Position numbers and translations under genes: made by a program. From positions 1-64,000 of the forward strand of contig DF237351.1 of assembly GCA_000708835.1 (NCBI GenBank): a DNA stretch of 64,000 bases. The letters are read 5' to 3'. The DNA is from Klebsormidium nitens (taxonomy: Eukaryota; Plantae; Klebsormidiophyceae). Numbering within the stretch: position 1 is the first letter of the stretch; every line of letters starts with the position of its first letter. The notes under the pieces are model-generated. The model was not told the DNA's origin, did not search any database, and saw only the letters and a list, made by a program, of their open reading frames with translations. This document shows positions 1 through 9,526 of this stretch, piece after piece.

Positions 1-146
1 CCCATGCTCACCAGAACGTTTCACGAAGTGTCCGGCAGTATCATGGAAATTCCTTTGCAAGCAAGGTGTTGACGCCCATCATGGGCTGGGTTCATAACCA
101 AGTCTGAACTGAACACCAATTTTGGTTCTGTTTTTCACATGACCAG

Positions 147-3100
147 GTTCAAAGTGTCCGGTGGCATCGTCCTGAACACCTTCGCGGACAAGGTGTTGAT
201 GCCCATCATGGGTTGGGTCTGGAACTTCCACGGATACGTGTTCATCGACCACAAAGACGGCTGCCTCTTCGGGCCGAAAGGCTCCGACATTACTTGCCAC
301 CTGGCAAGGTCGTACTACTACTATATGGACGATAAGGAGGTGGGTGGAACGTGGATGAACAACGAACAACAAAAGCCCCTTGTTTGTTCCCTTCTCTTTG
401 AATCTGTTGTTCCCTTTGATCGTATTTACCCTATATGAGGACGTCAAAAAGTGCGTGTGTTGGGAAGTAAGCCGATAATTCAAGACGAAGAGTACAGACT
501 CCCGGCTCGTATACGAGTGTTTGTTTTGTTTTTATTTTCGAAATTGTAGAGCTTATGAGAGGATCCTGGAAAAGTGCATCGTGTCAGACTCTCGATTTTC
601 GATGTTATGCAGTATAAGCTGGGCGATTTGCTAACGGAGAAGGGCGCCCGGCTGGGGTGGCTGTACGACTTGGGTGACGGCTGGCGCCACGAGGTGGAAG
701 TCGAGGACATCAGAAGGTGAGGCGGCGAGGACGACTTGCACTCCCTCGAAAGTTGCTTCCGGACCTTGACTAATCAATCTCGACGTAGAATTATGAGCTG
801 GGAGATTACTAGGAGAAACGTCTTTAGGATCCTCGAATCCAAAAGCCCTAGGTCCTCGATTTCAAATCAGCCTAGTATATACCGGGCTTGGAACCGGAGT
901 TGAGGACATTGTTGTGCACCCTTCACGGGTGACTCTTCGTTCGGTTTTGTTTGTTCCGAGCTGTGGTTTCGCCAGTAGGTGAGCTGCCTTCATCTTTTGA
1001 CCATGTGGCTGATTCACTTACTCTCGAAGTGCTGTGCACCCCACGAAACGCGCCCTTGGTTCCGTAACCCCACGTGGCAGGAGCTGACTGATCCAATTCT
1101 TTGACGTATGCAGCGTGTCTGAATCGACCGGCACGTGCAAGCTGCTTGACGGGGCGGGCCGTTGTCCCCCGGAGAATGGTCGGGGCAACTGGGAGTACCA
1201 CGAAACCATCAACGTGAGTGATTGTGCAGTCTGAGCCCGGATAAGCGGTGTCAATCGTTCGCAGTCTCTCAAAACTCGAATGGAGGAGGCAACAATTCTG
1301 AAGTTGTTGGAGGGTCCAACTGTGGGCGATGCAATTTCTGCACGTATCACAGGGAATTGGAGTAGCGTTTTAAACGCAGCGGCTTCGTAACACGTGTCAG
1401 ACAGGTCTAAAGTCAGCACCTTGCTAGAGAATAAAAGATATGGTCCCGATCTCACGATTCCATCTTCCGGTTATCCCTTCGGTTGTCCTAGTAAACTCCG
1501 CCGAGAACCACTTTCTTGTCTGGGCTACAATCTTGCAGGCTCCCAAGAAGCAGAAGAGAAGGTTATCAGTCGGCACTCGAGGAGCGGAGCAATGCGCAAA
1601 AACGTCCATCTCTGAATGTGTCTTCCCATCGCCGATCCTCGCTTCTCGCTGATCGGCGGTTTTTCTCGAGTTCCTAACCCGGTTACACTCAGACCTTGAA
1701 AACAAGCGGAGCAGTGCCAGTCCGCGCTCGAGGAGTGCAGCAACGCCCCCTAGTCAAGTTCGTTCAACTCCCGCCTGCTGATGCATTATTTTTGCCCACA
1801 ATAAGATTCCTCTCTAGCTTCCTAATCCACCTTTCCCGCCCAGGTCTTGAAGAACAAGCGGAGCCGACAATGCGGGTCGGCGCTCGACGAGTGCAGGAAC
1901 GCCCCAAACATCAAGCCCAGACCGTTCACCTCTCGCTTGTCGATACATTTACTCCGCCTTCTCTACAGCTCCCTAATCCGCTTCTTTTCGCCACAGATCC
2001 TCAAGAACAAGCGGAGCCGGCGGTATCAGTCGGCGCTCGATGAGTGCAGCAACGCCCCAAACGTCAAGCCCAGACCGTTCACCTCTCTCTTGTCAATACA
2101 TTATTTTCCGCCTTCTCTACAACATCCTAATCCGCTTCTTTTCGCCCGCTTCTTTTCGCCCCAGATCCTGAAGAACAAACAGAGTCGGCAGTACCAGTCG
2201 GCGCTCGAGGAGTGCAGCAACGCCCCAAACTGCAAGCCCAGAACGTTCGACTTTCGCGAGTTTGATCTTGCGGAACGCCGGCGAGAGTTGAAACACGCGC
2301 TGGCGTCACCGGGGAGCACCCAGTCCGGGTCCAAGTTGTACACGCACACGATGCATCCGTTTGACTGGGAGGACGTCGGGCCGCCCCGACCGAGGGAGAA
2401 GAAAGGCGAGAAGCGCGTGGAAAGAGAGGTGCGTCTGATGCTGAAATCAAGTGTTTACTGAAGTGCCATCGTGAGATCTGTCTTGTGTGGAAGACGGAGA
2501 GGCGCTCTTCTGCTGCTGTTTGATCCTCGCCTCGGCAAGGAGAAGAAAGGGGAAAGAGAGGTGGGCTCACTAGATATTGCTTCACACGTCATTACAAGCT
2601 TGTCTGATGCTATGATGGAGCGGCGCTTTTCTGCTGCTCTTTTGTTCCCGAGCCGGTCAAAGGTGAGACATGGGAGGCGCGCGAGGAGAGTGAGGTGCGC
2701 CCACTACGCTGAAGCTTGTACGCTGTTTCGCTTGCTGAATCTAGATCCGTTTAGTGGCACAGGGAGGCGCGCGCCTTCGCTGCTCTTTCGTCCCGTTGTC
2801 TATATCTCCTGGTTCTTGCTTTTTCTGACTTACCCAGATTGTCAAATTCTGGATCCTGAAGACCCGATCTTTTTCTTGGCTTATTGCTCTGCCAAAGTTT
2901 GGGTGCAACGATTGTGCCATGCGTCAGTTTCTTAAATTATCGACAGAAATAGACGCCCGGTTTGCTTCAATCCTCGGCATCCGGCGTAGACCTTCACTTA
3001 GTGCTCTCTAGATTAGCTCTTCAGCTTCTTTCATATGGCAAGAAGAGCGAAACGCTGCTCACTGCAGCATCCGCTTCTTTGAAGACTCACCCACTATCTC

Positions 3101-3930
3101 CTCGTAGCCACAGTGCGCCGAACCAAAGCTTTCATTGTACAGGGAGCAGACATCTTTTCTCCCACGCTCACCGAAACCATCTCCACCAAGGCAGACAAAG
3201 TTGCGTTGTCGCTCTGCGCCGACTGCGGCCGGCCGGAGGCCCTGTATCGATGCGGCCGGTGCAGAGTCGTGCGCTATTGCAGCAGGTGAGCAAACACACT
3301 CGGTCAGGACGGGGCCTCGCTAAGAGGTACCAGTCTGAGTGGAAGCTTCCAGGGCGGTAGAAAAAGGGATGAGGCGAGGAAAGGGTTAACACAGCAAGCG
3401 CACAAACCGTGACACGGTCAGACTTTCAGAAGTAGATATTTCAGATTGTGCTTTACGCAGCGAGCGCTGCTTTGACACATCTAGTGGTTTTGACGAGGTC
3501 CGCAAACCAGGCAAACGTGCGGTTCTGCTGGTACGCTGCTGGGTTCCGGATTCCGGCCCGATATTGCCATCGTCTTCGGCTCGGAAAAGCCGTTCACGAC
3601 GTTTCGTAGATCAACCATATGCTTTTGAGTCCGCATTGGCGGACCCTTTCAAGGACTTTACAACCCCGTCTTGCGCTCCCCGTGGAAAGTTAGCTGCTTT
3701 TAGACCAGACAAGTGATTTTCCAGAAAGCAAGATTGGGGTCTCACAGCAAAGCGCAAGTGTTCTGAAAACCGTCACATAAGCCGGTTCTCCGAAGTGCCC
3801 TCACGCTCATGGCGGCTCAGGATCGCAGTCATCAGTGAAAAAAAATGACGCCGGCTTTGTTGCTTGCAGGGAGTGCCAAAGTCGGCACTGGAAAGAGTCG
3901 CACAAGCAAGCGTGCAAAACTAAGAAGTAG
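147..3930 (+). CDS. pRiA4b ORF-3-like (MM3350-like) domain protein with C-terminal MYND zinc finger; spliced, 5' end lies upstream of the window
   Basis: Phase-compatible exons 147-339, 613-716, 1114-1213, 2165-2428, 3191-3285 and 3870-3930 with AG/GT boundaries. They translate to RFKVSGGIVLNTFADKVLMPIMGWVWNFHGYVF..., LGWLYDLGDGWRHEVEVEDI (YDFGDxWxH-type motif) and LDGAGRCPPEN (GxxxCPPE motif), then CADCGRPEALYRCGRCRVVRYCSRECQSRHWKESHKQAC (zf-MYND) and stop TAG at 3928-3930. Confidence 0.88.
1530..2250 (+). repeat. Degenerate tandem repeat, about 5 units of about 150-170 bp, each made of an intron 3' end plus the start of the 2165 exon
   Basis: The motif CAG-(A/G)TC(C/T)T(G/C)AAGAACAA...GCGCTCGA(G/C/T)GAGTGCAG recurs after AG at about 1537, 1692, 1843, 1996 and 2164. 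Four copies are preceded by CCTAA(T/C)CC at about 1674, 1821, 1972 and 2126. Confidence 0.9.
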
Positions 3931-4435
3931 GTGCTGCCTCTACGACCCCAAGCTTGCTTACTGCACGATGAGTTCACGGAAAGGGCTTCTCATATGCGGT
4001 CTCAATGATCATGGCAGCGGCTGGATCTAGGTAGTCATGCCGCCTTTCAAGTTTGCTACTTTGCATGGTCGAGAGTGTCATTGCTTAGTAGATGCCCAAT
4101 CGACATTTCAAGTACGGTATATTTCGTACTGCTTTCAACGTTTTATGCCGGTCTTCTTTGCCAGCCAGACTTCTACCCCGCCGCAGGCACACATACATTC
4201 GTTATAATTTCAGATAATATCAATTTCATGTAACGGATGAATGTATGTTGATCTTTGGAAAAATCAACAAACTAACGGCAGTCGGGAAACTATTGGGGAT
4301 GTCCAAATTTGCATGTGGGGATCGAGAACGCCCAGTAGCTAGCTACCAATGCTGCGCGGACCTAGTAGCGAAGATCAATAAAGCCCATTGTAGAATGTAT
4401 TATCGAGGTAAATGATGTCGAGAAATTCACTGCAC

Positions 4436-4854
4436 GTACTAATATGCTCGTGCACCACATTCACGTAGTGCTCACTGCTCATGTAAGCTACCTATATTGC
4501 GGCACAACCTGCAGCTAGGAGTCAGGTACCCACAGGTACGGTAGTCTATAGTACGTACCGGTACTGCCATACGGTAGGTACCAGGTACTCCTTTCGAAGT
4601 CGTCCCAGAGTGCATCCGAGAAATTAATTCAGCGGGATCACACCAGTGGTCCGGTACCAACTTTCCGGTACTAACCTTCTTTTGTCTACCGTAGTATAAT
4701 GGACAGAAAACGTTGCGGTACATACCGTCATTACCATACACAGGAAAGCATTATTGAGCGCGATCAGCGTACGTATACCGTATACCCGTACCTGTACTAC
4801 CACGGCTCATCCGGTATACCGTACTGCTACAGTGCTACTATGGTACGTTGGTAC
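4436..4854. promoter_or_regulatory. GTAC-dense block upstream of the EF-hand gene (candidate SBP/SPL-binding cluster)
   Basis: 17 GTAC tetramers counted by eye in about 420 bp, against roughly 1-2 expected by chance. The regulatory role is inference. Confidence 0.4.
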
Positions 4855-5229
4855 TGAACGGACCCTGGGCCCGGCCCTGAATCAAAGGCTGAATGGGCAG
4901 GCAGTCTAATCTTGTTTGGGCCGGAGCCAATGATTCGTTTGATTGAGCGCCGCAAATTACGTGAAGATGATGGATCAGAATGACTTTGTGGCAGACAGCC
5001 TGTTCGTGCGCCATCCTGCGATGATGAGTGTTTTCAGCACAAGGCGAGCACGCGAGCTGTCTTGGCGCGCCTGACTCTTGCAGCACTGATGCTTTTATTC
5101 ACCTTGAAGAGTTGAGGAGAGAGCTGCCGCCCACAAGCAGCCAATAATGTTTTGCAGGCGGCTCGGCGAATGAGGGCCATCCCAGCATTCTGTCCATCTT
5201 CACAGCTGTGCCTGTGTGCCGGAACTACC

Positions 5230-7845
5230 ATGGAAAAAGACTATGTTCCCAAGCATTTGGCTCTTATGGAGAAAGAAGGAGTTGATTTCGCCAACAGCGA
5301 CTTCTGGAGGCGCAAGGCAAGCACTGCTGATTTCCTGGGTCTTGCCTTTCGGGTTGAGCTGGAAAGCTCTGACCCTGGCCAGAATGCTAATCTGAAATAT
5401 AAGTTTTTGTGGCAGAACTCACTGGAAACGCTCCTTCCTTGCAGATCGGCTGAGCCATGTCACAAGAGGTGTCCTTGAATGTCTGTTCCGGATCGATCGC
5501 ATAAAGGAAAGCCTAGCAAAGACTCACTCTGTTCCTTGGTTCACTCTGGTTCTTGCTTAACAGAAACTGTTGCTGACCATCCTTTCGTCCTCTGCTTCTG
5601 TCTGAGACATCCTGACCCTCCTAGCATTTCGAGCTTCGTCTGTGCCTTTCGCGCAGGGCAAAACATGTCCTTGACATCTGGCTCGAGGTGTACAGAGTTA
5701 GGTTTGGAGATTCGCCAAAGGTGAGGAAAACCTCACTTTGTTGCATGTTGATTCTTCGGCTGTACTCGCATGCTAAGGGCATAAGCAGACTATGGTCTGC
5801 TTGAGGTGATGAAGCTCGTGTCCTTGGTCGGTTCGGCTTATGTTTGATTTGGAGCAAGGTCACTGGTGCTTGATGTAGCATTCATCGTACATTTGATTGC
5901 AAGGTATCTCAAGCTGGTGCTTAGCCAAGCGTGGTCAATACACAGTTGAAAATCTCTAAGCTTCTCTTATCCTTCTTAATTAGGTTCATTTAAGCATGAT
6001 GGTTGTACCTGCAAGTTGGATCAGGAACGGTGTGATGGTACGCTCCGGCTCAAAAAGTTGAGGGCCTGATTGAGCTGGTTCGCTTTGAAGACTTACGGAG
6101 AGTCAACCTGCTCGGAGCTTTGCACAACACATTTCATCATTATGGTAGCTTGAGTGCAGAAATTTTTTGACTATCTGGACGTTGATTTTTCCACAGGGCT
6201 TCAACAGGGAGGAGTATGTCGACGCTCTTGCCAAGGCGTTTGAGACTAGAGAGGGTCGGTTGAACGTTGCTATACCTGCAAGGCTGATGTTTGAAGCGCT
6301 TGATAGGGACAGGAACGGCGTCATCACTTACAAGTAGATATGGTCCTCCTCGATGCTGAGAGGTTGGTCAAGGGGGTTAATGATCAGTTGACACTTCAAA
6401 CTCATGCCTTGCACCCTTGTAGTCTAGCGCCTAACTGTACCAAAAGTTCGTTCAGAGACTTTTCTGTGAGATGCAAAAATGGACCGTCGAAATTATTTGT
6501 TAGTGGCGCTTTCCGTAACCACTGCGCGTTCCCAAGCGATTGACGATAACCGAAAAACACCAAGGGACGCATACATGCTGTCGATGACAATCAAATGGCA
6601 GATTACTGTGTCGAATGCGTTCCAGGGCCAGTTGTTCTCACGTACATTTCCGGTTGAGCTCCCTCGGCGCCCTTCCAAACCGAAGACTTGTCTTCGTCAG
6701 ATTCTCGATGCCGTGTCTTGACTTCGTTCATCTAATGCGCAGAGAGTATGGCGACTTCCTGAGCATCAAGAAGGGGGACCTCACGAACGTGGAGCAGAAC
6801 TTCAACGCCATGGACCTCAACGGAAACGGCACGTGGTCCTTCGAGGAGTTTCAGGTCGGTAATGCTCAGAAAGAGTTTGTCTGCTAACCTGAGGGTATAC
6901 TGATTCGAGTTTGCTTGTTTGACCTATAGTTGTAGTTAATGCTGTACTTAATAGAATCAGTGCGATGGGTGACGAACCGCACCTGACTCTCTCCCTCCGA
7001 ATCCTTGTTGGAGTGCAAGAATTACTGGTCAGAACTGCACTTCGTTGCACGTCGCCGTCGCATGGGCGTCAAAATCGACGTCTGTTCCGGAGAGAACTGT
7101 ATGTGAATTTCGCAGCACCTGGAGTGGGTGTGAAATGCTCGCAACAGAGTAGATCGCTGCACACGCGTGGCGGTAAAGTTCGTTCTCGGCTCAAGAAATA
7201 CTTCGAAGCAGGGTCCATAGAGCAAGACCTACTCGCATATCGCTGTCTTCTCCAAAGGTGTTCTGGCCGCCTTGACTCCGCCTTGAACTTCTTTGAAAGC
7301 TTAAGCTCAACTTGTGTACTTTGACTCTCTAGACGACATATACCTAAGAAATACCTAGGAATTCTGAAACCGAGACCGAGGATGCTGTTGGAAGAAACCG
7401 CAAAGTTTGGGGCTTTGGTGGGGCTCTTCTCGATCATCAATTGGTCGGACGACACGCCAAGACAAGGTCTCGTACTCGAACCTCGCCACGTCAGCACTTC
7501 AAAGAGCGCTCCCGGTCTCCTTGGTCTCGCAAATCGGCATGTGCACTAGGACAGGCGCCTGGGGACGGGTGGGGTTAGTCTAGCGGTTAGGGTGGGTTTG
7601 AGTGCGGAGAGCATCATCTTAAAAGCACCCGGGTGATACGGGTCGTAGTTCAACGCGTCCAGTATAAGATTTACGCGAAAATTCTGAATTTCAGTTTCCG
7701 GAGTGTTTCTCTTGACCCCGCTCTGCTTGTACAGGATGCGCTGGTTGGCTTCTGGCTGTGCGTGGACGAGAAGGACGTCAGCAAGCACCTGTACGGTTAT
7801 ATGGAAGGTACGGCGATCAAATCTGGACCTCTTGGTTTCCTTTGA
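5230..7845 (+). CDS. EF-hand calcium-binding protein, sarcoplasmic calcium-binding protein (SCP)/calexcitin-like; internal exons partly unresolved
   Basis: Exon from ATG 5230 gives MEKDYVPKHLALMEKEGVDFANSDFWRRK. Exon ~6160-6332 gives GFNREEYVDALAKAF...LMFEALDRDRNGVITYK. Exon ~6742-6854 gives EYGDFLSIKKGDLTNVEQNFNAMDLNGNGTWSFEEFQ. Exon from ~7735 gives DALVGFWLCVDEKDVSKHLYG. Two canonical EF loops are present. Exons between 5317 and 6160 and the exact 3' end are uncertain. Confidence 0.8.
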
Positions 7846-9526
7846 ACCAGGCTCCGTCGGTAAGAAGATGAAAGTCGTCGGTTGAGGGAAAAGCTTGCCC
7901 GTGTTATAGAGTGCATGCTCGAATTGCATGGCAAAAAATTCTCGACGGCACGTTTCCAAGATGTAAGCTGAGCTTGCAATTTCCAAAAGCGCACAACCCG
8001 ATCAGGCTGATGTTCGACATGAAAATCTCGACTGTTGCGGACTGTCTACGTTCATCAGAGGCCGAGTCACGCCGGTTCGTAAGCGCTGTCGGACCTTTCA
8101 GAGTTTTGCCGAAGGCGTACGTTCAACCCATCGTAAGGCGTAGGCTCTGGACCTATCAAAACCAGCACTTTTAAGTCTACATGTTGTTTGCACTTCGACT
8201 CTCCTTACCGATCGTGAGCCCACGCGTGGATAAACCTGCTTCCTCGCCATGACGCCCAGATGACGCTTTGATGCAATATGCAAAATAGCCCTGCTCTTGC
8301 AAAGTGTTCTGCAGGCTGACAGTGAAGGGTTCCGTTCTGATGCAGAGTGAACTCCTGTGGAAGCCCCGTGGTACCTTGTCGAGATACAGCAGGCTCCACT
8401 GGCTCGTACGGTTGGAGGTTTGTACGTGGTCCCCTTTGAAGACTGTCTAAATGTCTTCCGTAAATGTTCCTCTTACATTGGACATTCGTGGGGCGGCACG
8501 TCTACAGACGGCCTGAGCCGCTGAAGCCCCAAACGTTGAATCGTGCCTTTCTTGGGCACCTTAGATTCGCATCCAAAATGATGCACGGCAAGTCTGCAAT
8601 CCAGTAGGTGCAAAAGTGGCGAAGTTGACGATATATCGAATTCTCGTTCTCTGTGGTAACCATCGAACCATCCGCCGAAAACAACAGCTTGAGTGCGAGG
8701 TTAAGGGGTCGAGCTCGGGTCATCTTGGGACGCGAAAGAAGTGTCCGGCCCGCGGCCACCTGACCGAGTCCGCGAACCCCATTCTACTACCATGGCATAA
8801 ATGACGTGACTGCACGTAATCCTCATTTCTGCTCAGTAAGTGTCGACGACGTGCGAAAACATCCTGTCATCCTAGTTAAGTATTCCAGAGCCAACTCGTC
8901 ATCATTGATCCCCATTTGAGCGCGTGAGACCGTCTTTCACAGCGCCCAACATCACTTTTCAGCATTTGATAAGTAAGCGGCAGCAATGAATTTTGAATCT
9001 ATCATTTGGAATACACACATGCCGCCGCCCCCGGATATTGTGCACGCGTTGCGCGCTCGAGCTAGATTCTCTAGCTAGTGTACGTGTCACGCTTCTTGTA
9101 ATGGACCCGCCGGACGCCTCAGCGGAACGCATACCAAGTCCAAGCATCATTCATGCATGTATAAACCACATGTCACGATACAACACATATGTGATCATGT
9201 CTCGATGATGGCCTGATGCTGCAGCGCCTTGGCGAGGGCTCAGGCCAAGTTTGGCAGTATCGACATAGGTAATCTCAAAATCGGCCGTTGCATTGAAGGA
9301 GGTCACTGCATATAGACAATCCTAGCATGCCAGGCGGCAGCTGCTTGGAACTTACAATCTATTGTGCAAGTCATCTCCTTGCCAAGCTTGCAAGCAAGCC
9401 TCAACGGGGCTCGAACCTAGCTCACATTGAGAGCCTTCATTGTAGGTAATGTACACTGTTTGGCCAGAGGACATGGCACCCTTCCCTAATGTACATTCCG
9501 ACGAGCCTTTGACTTGGACGGGTTGA

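Noticed and set aside
923-1201. 92-aa minus-strand ORF initially suggestive of a retroelement fragment
   Set aside because: It overlaps the true plus-strand exon 1114-1213 and has no RT, RNase H or integrase motifs.
1530-2250. Tandem repeat considered as a CRISPR-like array
   Set aside because: The units are degenerate exon/intron duplications with related, not unique, spacers, in a eukaryotic gene with no cas genes.
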